Source: Anaerolineae bacterium
GTDB lineage: Bacteria > Chloroflexota > Anaerolineae > Anaerolineales > E44-bin32
Reading direction: 5' to 3'
NCBI GenBank assembly: GCA_011174845.1
Contig: DUEW01000080.1
Span: 1,536 to 65,535, forward strand
DNA: 64,000 nucleotides
Each line of letters opens with the position of its first letter. Position 1 is the first letter of the stretch. Of this stretch, positions 54,207 through 64,000 are shown piece by piece. A program made the translations under genes and the position numbers. The notes beneath the pieces were generated by a model. That model worked only from the letters and a program-made list of their open reading frames with translations, did no database searches and was not told where the DNA came from.

Positions 54207-54637
54207 GGGACGAGCGCGTGAAGCTGTTATCCTCCATCAAAATTGGGTTGATCACGGAAGCTACTGAGGAAGTTACCCCCGAGTTGACCGCGCCCCATAT
54301 TGGTAGTGGTAGTCTTTCCGTTTATGCCACCCCGGCCATGGCAGCTCTTGTGGAGCACACCTGCGCCTCTATGATTAGCAAGTTGCTGCCGGAAGGTCAT
54401 ACTTCTGTAGGCGTAGAGATTCATGTCCGCCATCTAGCACCCACACCGGTGAATGGAGTGGTGCGCATCCGGGCAGAGATTGTTGCCGTTGAAAAACAAC
54501 AGATCTCTTTTACTGCCAAGATCTTTGACGAACTGGAGTTGGTTGGTGAGGCGGACCACCGTCGCGCGGTGATCGATGTCGATCGATTCCTTAAACGAGT
54601 GGATGCGAAGGTATCCAGGCTGTCATCAACTACATGA
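54203..54637 (+). CDS. Hotdog-fold thioesterase (FlK/COG5496-like)
   Basis: 144-aa ORF with an ATGA overlap on acpS. HIGSGSLSVYATPAMAALVEHTC ... TSVGVEIHVRHLAPTPVNGVV resembles the fluoroacetyl-CoA-thioesterase-like family. Confidence 0.6.
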   Translation: MRDERVKLLSSIKIGLITEATEEVTPELTAPHIGSGSLSVYATPAMAALVEHTCASMISKLLPEGHTSVGVEIHVRHLAPTPVNGVVRIRAEIVAVEKQQISFTAKIFDELELVGEADHRRAVIDVDRFLKRVDAKVSRLSSTT

Positions 54638-54799
54638 TCGGATTGCTTCCTATCTGTCCCGCAATATTCTAAATTCGGTACTTCCATATAGATCTCCTTT
54701 GATAACCATGGAATGTTGACATAGTTACCTTCTTCTGTGTGTCATATACCCCAAACCAATTTCTTGCTGCTAATTCCAGTAGAGGCGGCTTGCGTGCTT

Positions 54800-54858
54800 G
54801 TCCTGAGCCCTTCGACTTCGCTCGGGACCTGCGGTTCCGCCGAAGGGTTGTCATACGA
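54800..54858. repeat. Palindromic intergenic element, family B
   Basis: GTCCTGAGC CCTTCGACTTC GCTCGGGAC (54800-54828), followed by CTGCGGTTCCGCCGAAGGGTTGTCAT. Homologous by eye (about four fifths of positions) to 32996-33056. Confidence 0.75.
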
Positions 54859-55090
54859 CCGGGCATGGTAGTCCTGTCGGTTGGTTAATGGTTCATGGGA
54901 GCCTGGCCTGCTGGTAAATTGTGCATTGGTGCATAACCTGCAGGAGAAATGGTGGAGAAATACGTTGGATTGGGTACAGAAAACCAACCAATAACAAGAT
55001 TTAGTTGCACCCGCAAGGAGCCGTGTGTTAGCGCAGGCTAAAGCCTGCGGCTACAGAGTCCCTTTGTATAGGTAGTGCGCTCAATAGCCA

Positions 55091-55121
55091 CCTCCCCGCG
55101 AGCTTAAAACTCGCGGGGAGG
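55091..55121 (+). terminator. Strong orphan hairpin with a U-rich tail (terminator-like), no annotated upstream gene nearby
   Basis: Perfect 12-bp stem CCTCCCCGCGAG / CTCGCGGGGAGG with loop CTTAAAA, followed by TATTTT. The nearest upstream plus-strand CDS ends at 54637. Confidence 0.4.
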
Positions 55122-55146
55122 TATTTTGACAGCTTGCAGTATGTTT

Positions 55147-55223
55147 CTTGCGACTTGAATCTTGTGACTTGCGTCTTGTGACTTGAGACTTGCGACTTGA
55201 GACCTGAAGCCTGAACCCTACCC
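55147..55223. repeat. Array of eleven degenerate heptamers (CTTGNGA-type)
   Basis: Read directly: CTTGCGA CTTGAAT CTTGTGA CTTGCGT CTTGTGA CTTGAGA CTTGCGA CTTGAGA CCTGAAG CCTGAAC CCTACCC, with strict 7-nt periodicity. Located about 200 nt upstream of rpsB. Confidence 0.85.
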
Positions 55224-55419
55224 CGTTTCCTTTGACGAATGACTGCGGTCGTGTTATACTCCACCCGCTCCCGCCAGGGTTGCATAGCTGGCGGGATAAT
55301 TCTGCCCTTATGGGGCAAATACGCACGTCTCCCGACCAGATTAGGCGTGCCGGTTAGCCAGCTGGTTCTGATCTGGAACGAAGGAGACGGAGGTCAAACG
55401 CATTGGAGGTAAGGCTCAC

Positions 55420-56586
55420 ATGGCTGTTGTTTCGATGAAAGCTCTCTTGGAAACGGGGGTGCATTTCGGCCACCGCACGCGAAAATGGAACCCCCGCATG
55501 AAATCGTACATCTTCACTGAGCGAAATGGCATTCATATCATTGATTTGCAACAAACTCTGGAGGCACTTGAAACCGTGTATGCCATAGTCCGGGATACCG
55601 TCGCGGCAGGTAAACGAATTTTATTCATTGGGACCAAACGTCAGGCTCAGGAAACGATCGAGTTAGAAGCCAAGCGATGTAGGATGCCGTATGTCAATGC
55701 ACGTTGGCTTGGTGGAACGCTCACCAACTGGCGGACGATTCGCAGCCGAATTGATGAGTTGGAGACTTTAGAACGGCGGCGCGATTCGGGCGAGTTTGAA
55801 CGTCTTACGAAGAAGGAAGCCATGAGTTTAACGCGTAGAATCGATAAACTCGAAGCGCGATTGGGGGGAATCCGTGAGATGGTTTCGGTCCCTGATTTGC
55901 TGTTTGTCGTCGATGTGAGGCGTGAGGAAACTGCCATTCATGAAGCCAACCTTCTCAACATCCCTGTCATCGCGTTGGTGGACACCAATTGTGATCCGAC
56001 CCATGTTGACTATGTAATCCCCTCAAACGACGATGCCATTCGCGCCATCAAACTCATGACCTCCAAAATTGCAGATGCGGTGCTTGAGGGATTGGCAATC
56101 CGCAAGGATGAGGAGGAAGAGCTCGTTGCTGAAGGTTTACCCTTAGAACTGGAAGCGCTGGCCGCGGTCGAGATGACCGACGAGGAGCTTCTAGGGGAAG
56201 CGACGCTCGCTAAGCTCATGAGTGGTGAGTTTGATGAAAAATCCGCACCGGATGAACTAGAGATCGTAGACCGGGAGGACGAGGACGAACTCGAAATCGA
56301 AGTTGTGGATGAGGAAGATGCCCTATTGTTGGAAGAGACCGAAGTAGCCGGGAATGATGATGAGATGGAGGTAGAGGCCGAGATCGATGAAGCCCCGGAA
56401 GGCGCGAAGGAAGATGAGATGGAGGTAGAGGCCGAGATCGATGAAGCCCCGGAAGATGCGAAGGAAGATGAGATGGAGGTAGAGGCCGAGATCGATGAAG
56501 CCCCGGAAGATGCGAAGAAAGATGAGATGGAGGTAGAGGCCGAGATCGATGAAACCTCGGAAGGTGCGAAGGAAGATGAGGCGTGA
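55420..56586 (+). CDS. rpsB: 30S ribosomal protein S2 with a long acidic repeat-containing C-terminal extension
   Basis: 388-aa ORF. Motifs [22 protein letters not shown] and IHIIDLQQT, with RBS GGAGGT. The conserved S2 core ends at about residue 235; the remainder is an Asp/Glu-rich tail. Confidence 0.95.
   Translation: MAVVSMKALLETGVHFGHRTRKWNPRMKSYIFTERNGIHIIDLQQTLEALETVYAIVRDTVAAGKRILFIGTKRQAQETIELEAKRCRMPYVNARWLGGTLTNWRTIRSRIDELETLERRRDSGEFERLTKKEAMSLTRRIDKLEARLGGIREMVSVPDLLFVVDVRREETAIHEANLLNIPVIALVDTNCDPTHVDYVIPSNDDAIRAIKLMTSKIADAVLEGLAIRKDEEEELVAEGLPLELEALAAVEMTDEELLGEATLAKLMSGEFDEKSAPDELEIVDREDEDELEIEVVDEEDALLLEETEVAGNDDEMEVEAEIDEAPEGAKEDEMEVEAEIDEAPEDAKEDEMEVEAEIDEAPEDAKKDEMEVEAEIDETSEGAKEDEA
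56359..56586 (+). repeat. In-frame 54-bp tandem repeat, 4.2 copies, encoding [14 protein letters not shown](G/D)AK(E/K)
   Basis: Units start at 56359, 56413, 56467 and 56521, with a partial fifth at 56575. Copies differ at only a few positions. The repeat lies within the rpsB 3-prime end. Confidence 0.9.
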
Positions 56587-57185
56587 CAATCTCAATTGAC
56601 TTGATTAAGGAACTGAGGGAGAGCACGGGAGCAGGTGTGCTTGCCTGCCGTGAAGCGCTAGAAGAGAGTGACGGCAACCTGGAGAAAGCGGTCGCCTTTC
56701 TGCATGAACGAGGTTTGGTGGCCGCCGCGAAAAAAGCAGATCGTGAAACCCATGACGGCGTGTTGGATTTGTACAACCATGGTGACGGACGAGTAGGGGT
56801 GATCGTAGAAGTCAATTGCGAAACGGATTTCGTCGCTCGCACAGAAGAATTCAAGCATTTTGCACATGAGATGGCACTTCAGATTGCAGCCAATTCGCCA
56901 CGCTGGATCCGAGCTGAAGACATCCCGCAAGAGGTCATCGAGGAGGAGCGTCAAAACACCCGCGCATGGGCGCTTGAGAGCGGCAAGCCTGAAAATGTGA
57001 TTGACCGCATCGTCGAGGGGCAATTGGAAAAGTTCTTCAATGATAGCTGTTTGCTTCGTCAAATCTATATTCGAGACGATTCGAAAACGGTTGATGAATT
57101 ACTCAAGGAGATGATCGTTGCCACCGGCGAAAACATCACTATCCGGCGCTTTGTGCGTTGGACAGTGGGGGAAGAGCTTGAGTAG
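56583..57185 (+). CDS. tsf: Elongation factor Ts (short form)
   Basis: 200-aa ORF (GTG start, GTGA overlap with the rpsB stop). [33 protein letters not shown] is the UBA-like N-terminus, and [12 protein letters not shown] is the Ts signature. Confidence 0.93.
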   Translation: MTISIDLIKELRESTGAGVLACREALEESDGNLEKAVAFLHERGLVAAAKKADRETHDGVLDLYNHGDGRVGVIVEVNCETDFVARTEEFKHFAHEMALQIAANSPRWIRAEDIPQEVIEEERQNTRAWALESGKPENVIDRIVEGQLEKFFNDSCLLRQIYIRDDSKTVDELLKEMIVATGENITIRRFVRWTVGEELE

Positions 57186-57965
<780 letters not shown>

Positions 57966-58177
57966 GGGAATGGGATCAGCAGTAGGTGTATGAAAGCTTG
58001 ACCAATCCATGCTCCGCAGATCCATCGGGAGCATAATATTCATCAGGTGGTTGGTTTAATTACAATCACGGGGGTAGCCTGTCTCGCAGGACGGACATCG
58101 CATTTTCCCTGGTTTTGCGCTATCCTATAGGGGCATTACTCCAATGGCTTTGTTAACCTTGTCTGAGGAGTGTCGCT

Positions 58178-58735
58178 ATGGTCATAGATGCTCTGAAAGA
58201 GGCTGAAGCTCGAATGAAAGGTGCGGTTCGCTCCTTGGATGATGATCTGGGAGTGATCCGTACAGGTCGTGCTTCACCAGCGCTCGTTGAGCGTCTATCG
58301 GTGGAATACTATGGCAATCCGACGCCTCTGATGCAACTTGCCACGATCTCGGCCCCAGAACCGCGTTTATTGGCGATTCGACCGTTCGATCCCGCAAGTC
58401 TCAAGGACATTGAGCGAGCTATTTTAACTTCTGATTTGGGACTGACCCCGAATAACGATGGAAAGATGATCCGCTTAAATATTCCACCCCTCACTGAGGA
58501 ACGACGTCACGATTTAGTCCGAGTCGTCCGCAATCGCACCGAGGAAGGGAGAATTGCCGTCCGTAATATTCGCCGCGACACCCTGAACGATTTGCGGGAG
58601 TTTGAGCGAGAGAAGATCATCTCAGAAGACGAACTCAGACGCGGCGAAAGCGATTTGCAGGACTTAACCGATCGATACATTGACAGCATCAACGAACAAG
58701 GGCGACGTAAGGAGACCGAGGTCCTCGAGGTTTGA
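58178..58735 (+). CDS. frr: Ribosome recycling factor
   Basis: 185-aa ORF. LGVIRTGRASPALVE, IRLNIPPLTEERR and VRNIRRD are typical RRF motifs. Confidence 0.95.
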   Translation: MVIDALKEAEARMKGAVRSLDDDLGVIRTGRASPALVERLSVEYYGNPTPLMQLATISAPEPRLLAIRPFDPASLKDIERAILTSDLGLTPNNDGKMIRLNIPPLTEERRHDLVRVVRNRTEEGRIAVRNIRRDTLNDLREFEREKIISEDELRRGESDLQDLTDRYIDSINEQGRRKETEVLEV

Positions 58736-58753
58736 AAGATAGTCTCTCGTGCG

Positions 58754-59491
58754 ATGGCCAAATCGAACGGAACAAAGTTGCCTGAAAATATTCCAACGCA
58801 TATAGCCATTATCATGGACGGGAATGGCCGCTGGGCACGCGCCCGAGGGCTTCCTCGTTTGGCAGGACATCGCGCGGGTGTTGAGAATCTGCGCCGTGTG
58901 ATTGAAGCCTGTGTCGAATTTGGCGTCCAATACTTAACGATCTATGCCTTCTCAACGGAAAATTGGGAGCGACCTCGTGATGAGGTTCGCGGACTGATTA
59001 ACATCCTTGAGGATGTCATCGATCGCGAATTAGAGGAACTGCACGAAAAGGGTGTGCAACTACGGCACATCGGCCAATTGGACCCCTTGAGCCCTAAGCT
59101 GCAGGAAAAGGTGCGACACGCCATTGATTTAACCAGCAATAATCGCAGGTTGGTGTTAAACGTAGCATGGAACTATGGTGGTCGAGCTGAGATCGTATGC
59201 GCGATCCAGAAGATGCTTGCTGATGGCGTCTCAATGGGAGAGGTGGACGAAGAGTTAGTCAGTCGCTACCTCTTTACCGCCGAATCTCCCGATCCAGATC
59301 TCATGATCCGTACTTCTGGAGAACTACGAGTGAGCAATTTCTTGATCTGGCAGAGCGCCTACGCTGAATGGTATATCACGCCTACATATTGGCCAGATTT
59401 TGGCAGGGAAGAACTTCTTGAGGCGTTGCGCGCATACGCGCAACGTGAACGTCGCTTCGGACGAGTTCCCGGAGCTGTTTCGCAAAAATAG
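58754..59491 (+). CDS. uppS: Undecaprenyl-diphosphate synthase (cis-prenyltransferase)
   Basis: 245-aa ORF. Motifs HIAIIMDGNGRWA, YAFSTENWERP, RTSGELRVSNFLIWQSAYAE. Confidence 0.93.
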   Translation: MAKSNGTKLPENIPTHIAIIMDGNGRWARARGLPRLAGHRAGVENLRRVIEACVEFGVQYLTIYAFSTENWERPRDEVRGLINILEDVIDRELEELHEKGVQLRHIGQLDPLSPKLQEKVRHAIDLTSNNRRLVLNVAWNYGGRAEIVCAIQKMLADGVSMGEVDEELVSRYLFTAESPDPDLMIRTSGELRVSNFLIWQSAYAEWYITPTYWPDFGREELLEALRAYAQRERRFGRVPGAVSQK

Positions 59492-59492
59492 C

Positions 59493-60311
59493 ATGCTACG
59501 CGAACGCGTCGCAGTCATCCTCATTATCCTACCGTTTATACTTTGGGTGGTTGTAGGCGGCGGATGGTTGTATTTACTCGCCATCTTAACTGTGCTCTGC
59601 TTGGCTGTGGTTGAATTCGGTTTGATGTTTCGCGGCCATGGGCTGAGGCCGGCATTGCCATTGCTCGTCTCAGGCGTTGCCATCTTGGTAGTAGCTCGCT
59701 TTCTCTTCGGCTTCAAGCACACACCACTTCTCTTGGCCAGCTTCTGTCTCATCAGTCAGGTATGGCATCTCGTAGACTATGAACGAGGTGCGACCCACTC
59801 TGGGACGGATTTTGCCATCACGATCGCTGGTGTTATGTACGTGGGTTTCGTCGGATCATACTTGATCTCCCTTCGTCTATTGCCTGAAGGTCTCTGGTGG
59901 CTGCTTGTAGCGTTACCCTCGATCTGGATGGCCGACGCAGCTGCCTATGTGTTTGGGCGGGTATTCGGGCGGCACAAGTTATCTCAACGCATTAGCCCGA
60001 AGAAAACGTGGGAGGGTTATCTGTCAGGCGTCGTGATAGGCGCGCTAGGGACAGCAGGGTTGACAATGCTGTGGCGAACCTGTGCTGGATCGGAATCAAC
60101 CCTTACCCCTGTAAGGGGTTTGATCGTGGGTCTCACGATTAGTAGCCTAGCCCCCTTAGGAGATCTCGGGATCAGCATGATCAAGCGAGAGTTTCAGGCT
60201 AAGGACACAGGTTCGTTGTTACCAGGCCACGGAGGAGTGCTCGATCGTTTGGACTCAATGGTGTGGGCAGGTGTGCTTGGCTTCTATGTCATTTCCTGGC
60301 TAATAAGCTAA
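59493..60311 (+). CDS. cdsA: Phosphatidate cytidylyltransferase
   Basis: The ORF is open from 59400, but ATG 59493 follows the uppS stop (59489-59491). CDS signature SMIKREFQAKDTGSLLPGHGGVLDRLDS. Polytopic. Confidence 0.88.
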   Translation: MLRERVAVILIILPFILWVVVGGGWLYLLAILTVLCLAVVEFGLMFRGHGLRPALPLLVSGVAILVVARFLFGFKHTPLLLASFCLISQVWHLVDYERGATHSGTDFAITIAGVMYVGFVGSYLISLRLLPEGLWWLLVALPSIWMADAAAYVFGRVFGRHKLSQRISPKKTWEGYLSGVVIGALGTAGLTMLWRTCAGSESTLTPVRGLIVGLTISSLAPLGDLGISMIKREFQAKDTGSLLPGHGGVLDRLDSMVWAGVLGFYVISWLIS

Positions 60312-60416
60312 GATCTTCTCAAACCGGAATTTATGAAAACATCTTGACGCCGTGTTTGCGGATCCAGTGTCTAATTTATGCATCTACAAACTCATAAATC
60401 CTTTAGGAGAGGATGA

Positions 60417-61412
60417 ATGAAAGAGCTACCGTCACGGAATTTAGCACTAGAGTTGACGCGCGTGACAGAGGCGGCAGCTTTGGCGGCCGCCAGATATATG
60501 GGGCGTGGAAATAAAGAAGCCGGTGATCAAGCCGCGGTTGACGCTATGCGCTTGGTGCTCAACTCGATCGAGATGGACGGTGTTGTGGTCATAGGTGAGG
60601 GAGAAAAGGACGAAGCCCCTATGCTTTACAACGGCGAAAAGCTTGGCACGGGGGAGCCACCTCAGGTGGATATCGCGGTTGATCCGGTCGATGGCACTCG
60701 CCTCTTAGCGCAGGGGAGAGCCAACTCCATCTCGACCGTAGCTCTCGCAGAAAGGGGATCGATGTTTGATCCCGGCCCACTTGTCTATATGCACAAAATT
60801 GCTGTGGGTCCGGAAGCAAAGGGAAGTATCGATATTGATGCGCCCATCATGGAAAATATCAAGGCCGTAGCGCGGGCAAAAAATGCCGATGTGGACGATC
60901 TCACAGTGGTCATCCTTGATCGTCCACGGCACAAGGAGTTCATCGAAGAGATTCGACAGACTGGGGCTCGAATCCGTTTGATAACCGACGGAGATGTGAG
61001 TGGTGCCCTCATGACCGCATGGCCAGACTCCGGTATTGACATGTTGATCGGTGTGGGTGGAACACCCGAAGGGGTTTTAGCCGCCTGTGCTCTTAAATGT
61101 ATGGAAGGCGAGATACAAGGTCGTCTCTACCCTCGTAATGAAGAAGAGGCATCTTTGGCGCGTGAGATGGGTTACGAGCTGGAGCAGGTGCTTACAATCG
61201 ACGATCTTGTGGGCAGCGATGAAATATTTTTCTCCGTCACAGGTATCACGGATGGAGAATTGGTCCAGGGTGTTAAGTTCTTCGGAACCGGCGCGAGAAC
61301 CCATAGCCTGGTGATGAGGGCTCAATCAGGAACGGTGCGAGAGATCACAGCAACCCACCGCTGGGAAAAGTTAATGGCGTACAGTCAAATTCCATACGAT
61401 CCATCAAGATAG
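60417..61412 (+). CDS. glpX: Fructose-1,6-bisphosphatase class II (GlpX-type)
   Basis: 331-aa ORF. Motifs LALELTRVTEAAALAAARYMGRG, VVIGEGEKDEAPML, DPVDGT, GVGGTPEGV. Confidence 0.92.
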   Translation: MKELPSRNLALELTRVTEAAALAAARYMGRGNKEAGDQAAVDAMRLVLNSIEMDGVVVIGEGEKDEAPMLYNGEKLGTGEPPQVDIAVDPVDGTRLLAQGRANSISTVALAERGSMFDPGPLVYMHKIAVGPEAKGSIDIDAPIMENIKAVARAKNADVDDLTVVILDRPRHKEFIEEIRQTGARIRLITDGDVSGALMTAWPDSGIDMLIGVGGTPEGVLAACALKCMEGEIQGRLYPRNEEEASLAREMGYELEQVLTIDDLVGSDEIFFSVTGITDGELVQGVKFFGTGARTHSLVMRAQSGTVREITATHRWEKLMAYSQIPYDPSR

Positions 61413-61841
61413 ATAGGCAAGGGAGTGCGTGGTAGTAAGCCAGATAAGTCATCTGTTCTAGAGAAGCTCTACCGTTATCGAGTAAGAGGTGGGAGGAAGA
61501 TCATACACCCTTTCGGGAAGCTACCTTACCAGATTTTTGGTTGATGTGGTTTTGGTTTCTCTCTGGAAACGAGATTATCTTCTTATCCATCTGAAGCAGT
61601 GAGATATTTCCCATGCTAGGAAATAGGTCCTCATTCATCTGCTTGCGGGGGTACTCGCGGCATGCTATAATGAAATATCCCGAAAACTCGGTTGTCCTAG
61701 GACAACACCCCCACTGCCAAATCCAGACTCGACGATTGCGTAATTTCATTTGTTTGATTGCGTACGTTTTATGATGTGAATAATGATATCGACGCCTGAC
61801 AGCGTCTTGATTGACGGTTCATTTCCCTTGGGAGTTTTCCA

Positions 61842-63122
61842 ATGAATATAGCTCAACTTGAAGCGATGACCCTCGCTGATTTGCGTTCCATGTCAAGGGA
61901 TCTGGAGATCCCTGGCGCCAGTCGGTTGAAAAAAGAGGATCTCATCATACGAATCATGCAAACAGATGCTGAACGACGAGGCCTGGAGTTGCGAGGCGGC
62001 ATTCTTGAGATCATGAACGAAGGGATGGGGTTTCTGCGTGCTGACCATTACCTTCCAGGGCCGAACGATATTTACGTCTCACAATCTCAGATCCGTCGAT
62101 TTAGCCTTCGGACAGGAGACATGGTCATTTGGCAGGTCCGGCCCCCGAAGGAATCCGAGAAGTACTTCGGCTTGCTGAGGGTGGAATCGATCAACGGCAT
62201 GGACCCAGAGGAGGCATGGGAACGACCGACATTTGAAAGCATGACCCCGATCTTCCCTGAGGAACGTTTTGATCTTGAAACTGATCGGCACACACTCGCT
62301 ACACGGATGTTGAACTTAATCGCTCCCATAGGTCATGGACAGCGAGGTTTGATCGTCTCGCCCCCAAAGGCAGGAAAAACAACCGTCTTAAAGCAGATCG
62401 CGAATGCCATTTCGACCAATTACCCCAAAGTTCATTTGATGGTGGCGTTAATCGGAGAGCGCCCGGAAGAGGTGACTGATATGGATCGCTCAGTCGAAGC
62501 GGAAGTGATCGCTTCCACTTTTGATGAGCCCGTCACTGCTCATGTCCGGACAGCGGAAATGGCGCTTGCGCGCGCGAAGCGTTTAGTGGAATGCGGGCGT
62601 GACGTGGTGATCTTGATGGATTCGATCACGCGACTTTCCCGCGCCTACAATCTAATGGTCACGCCATCTGGCCGTACGTTATCAGGTGGTATCGACCCTG
62701 CGGCGCTCTACCCGCCCAAGCGTTTCTACGGAGCCGCTCGCAATATCGAGGAGGGTGGGTCGTTGACCATTATCGCTACCTGTCTGGTTGACACCGGCTC
62801 CCGCATGGATGACGTGGTGTATGAGGAGTTCAAGGGCACTGGGAACATGGAACTTCATCTCTCCCGTCGTTTGCAGGAGCGGCGTATTTTCCCGGCTTTT
62901 GACATCGATCGTTCGTCAACCCGGCGCGAGGAACTGCTCTTAGGACCCGATATCACTGAGCGGGTCTGGTTGATACGCCGGATGTTCTCCCATATGATCA
63001 CACCTCCTCCAAACGGCGCAGGGATGGACATCACCAACGCGACTGAAGCCATCATTCAACGAATTTCGCGAACCGAAAACAACCAAGAATTTCTAGAAAC
63101 GCTGACGGATGAAGAATTCTGA
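61842..63122 (+). CDS. rho: Transcription termination factor Rho
   Basis: 426-aa ORF. N-terminal [25 protein letters not shown], Walker A PPKAGKTT, and the RNA-binding and ATPase core pattern. Confidence 0.95.
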   Translation: MNIAQLEAMTLADLRSMSRDLEIPGASRLKKEDLIIRIMQTDAERRGLELRGGILEIMNEGMGFLRADHYLPGPNDIYVSQSQIRRFSLRTGDMVIWQVRPPKESEKYFGLLRVESINGMDPEEAWERPTFESMTPIFPEERFDLETDRHTLATRMLNLIAPIGHGQRGLIVSPPKAGKTTVLKQIANAISTNYPKVHLMVALIGERPEEVTDMDRSVEAEVIASTFDEPVTAHVRTAEMALARAKRLVECGRDVVILMDSITRLSRAYNLMVTPSGRTLSGGIDPAALYPPKRFYGAARNIEEGGSLTIIATCLVDTGSRMDDVVYEEFKGTGNMELHLSRRLQERRIFPAFDIDRSSTRREELLLGPDITERVWLIRRMFSHMITPPPNGAGMDITNATEAIIQRISRTENNQEFLETLTDEEF

Positions 63123-64000
63123 GGCGACTGAACCATCTATAAAAGCCTGGACGCAGCGATTTCAAAGGATTGCCCCGCTCATTCTGGGCCTTGTCGGTTT
63201 GTTTGCTGCTATATGGGCTGTTAGGTTGAACCTGAACCCAGCACTTGCTGGGGCCCCCTCATTCCCCACTGAATCTCTTGACCTTGCTGATCCCTCCCAT
63301 GAAATCGAGGTTACCCTTCCGGATTACAAATCTATAGATCTCAGCGATACCATTTCACGCTGGGCTGACCTTTATACGCTTTTCCCTCATCGTTCACGAG
63401 TTGATATCCTGCGATATACGGTTCAACCAGGTGATGCCATCTTTGGCATCGCTCGCAAATTCAACCTTGAACCGGAGACCATATTGTGGGGGAATTACGA
63501 AGTTTTAAACGATGATCCCCACATGCTTCGCGTTGGTCAAGAGCTGAATATCCTTCCTGTTGACGGCACATATTATCAATGGGAAGACGGAGACAGTTTA
63601 GAAACCGTAGCAGATCTCTTTGAAGTGGACAAGGAAGCGATCATCGATTGGCCTGGGAATGGGATAGATTTCATAGACCCTGTGATTGAACCTGGGACTT
63701 GGTTAGTGGTTCCCGGGGGTAGACGGGAACTTCGCCGCTGGCTTGTCCCAACCATCGCACGTGGTCAGGCTGGCGTAGGTACTGCGCTCGGTCCTGGCGG
63801 CTGTACCGGGGATTACTCGGACGGTATCGTTGGAACAGGAGGCTTCATCTGGCCTACTGCCAACCACTACGTATCTGGTAATGATTATTGGTCTGGCCAC
63901 TTAGCGATCGACATCGCCGCGGGTTATGGGGCAGCAATCTGGGCTGCAGATAGTGGGGTAGCTGTGTTCGCTGGATATTCCACCGTCGGATACGGTTACA
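63109..64000 (+). CDS. LysM-domain M23 peptidase, membrane-anchored; 3-prime end beyond the window
   Basis: Not in the ORF track because there is no stop inside the window. ATG 63109 overlaps the rho 3-prime end by 14 nt. TM LILGLVGLFAAIWAV, LysM YTVQPGDAIFGIARKFNLEPETILWGN and a second LysM-like YYQWEDGDSLETVADLF. M23 HxxxD motif GHLAIDIAA near the window end. Confidence 0.8.
   Translation, partial: MKNSEATEPSIKAWTQRFQRIAPLILGLVGLFAAIWAVRLNLNPALAGAPSFPTESLDLADPSHEIEVTLPDYKSIDLSDTISRWADLYTLFPHRSRVDILRYTVQPGDAIFGIARKFNLEPETILWGNYEVLNDDPHMLRVGQELNILPVDGTYYQWEDGDSLETVADLFEVDKEAIIDWPGNGIDFIDPVIEPGTWLVVPGGRRELRRWLVPTIARGQAGVGTALGPGGCTGDYSDGIVGTGGFIWPTANHYVSGNDYWSGHLAIDIAAGYGAAIWAADSGVAVFAGYSTVGYGY

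Noticed and set aside
55028-55326. Two overlapping minus-strand ORFs (96 and 81 aa) in the gap upstream of rpsB
   Set aside because: Their sequences (KSQVSSHKTQVTRFKSQE / RKSQVTRRKSQDSSRK) are simply the heptamer array read in two frames. There is no start context.
56359-56586. Possible CRISPR array (regularly spaced near-identical repeats)
   Set aside because: The repeats are directly contiguous with no spacers. They are in frame within rpsB, and 54 bp is outside the usual CRISPR repeat length. This is a coding tandem repeat.
56216-56854. 212-aa minus-strand ORF with repeated [18 protein letters not shown] units, and a 90-aa ORF with [18 protein letters not shown] repeats
   Set aside because: They are reverse-frame translations of the 54-bp acidic tandem repeat at the rpsB 3-prime end and of the tsf 5-prime end. 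The plus-strand genes are certain.

Overview
This is a 64-kb chromosomal segment, mostly housekeeping genes with a few accessory patches. The protein sequences (GroEL, short EF-Ts, 14-subunit complex I, membrane-anchored TPR proteins with Pro/Thr-rich tails) look Chloroflexota/Anaerolineae-like. That taxon call is inference from reading the translations, not a search result.

Gene order:
- nuoE-F-G-H-I-J-K-L-M-N (1-11942).
- An accessory patch (12.1-24 kb): UPF0104 membrane protein, NodB deacetylase, esterase, acylphosphatase, Mth938-like protein, two small membrane proteins, a membrane-tethered SARP/BTAD regulator, a Nif11-type small peptide, a polyprenyl-synthase-fold enzyme, an AT-rich GT-C-like membrane protein, and an FmdB zinc ribbon protein.
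- RNase Z, then three paralogous anchored TPR proteins.
- A CIRCE-controlled groES-groEL operon, then a PspC-domain protein.
- A glycyl-radical enzyme plus its activase.
- hutI ... hutU bracketing a P-loop/carbamate kinase/DUF1847/aminotransferase/MMSDH block.
- Nitroreductase, Rrf2 regulator, ugd, an M16 peptidase pair, acpS, a hotdog thioesterase.
- rpsB-tsf-pyrH-frr-uppS-cdsA, glpX, rho, and a partial LysM/M23 peptidase.

I recognised no rRNA, tRNA, CRISPR array, transposase or integrase.

Most interesting observations:
1. A regulator, precursor and ComQ-like trio at 17.5-20.8 kb. It looks like a ComQ/ComX-style prenylated-peptide signalling cassette with a one-component membrane SARP receptor.
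2. An in-frame TAG inside groES at an otherwise conserved Glu codon.
3. A duplicated fmdB 3-prime end plus terminator flanking an AT-rich 2.5-kb insertion.
4. Several families of unusual intergenic repeats: modular palindromic elements, inverted arrays of degenerate 8-mers, and an 11-copy 7-mer array.
5. A 54-bp x4 in-frame tandem repeat extending ribosomal protein S2.

All functional calls rest on motifs read by eye. No database search, HMM or GC calculation was run.
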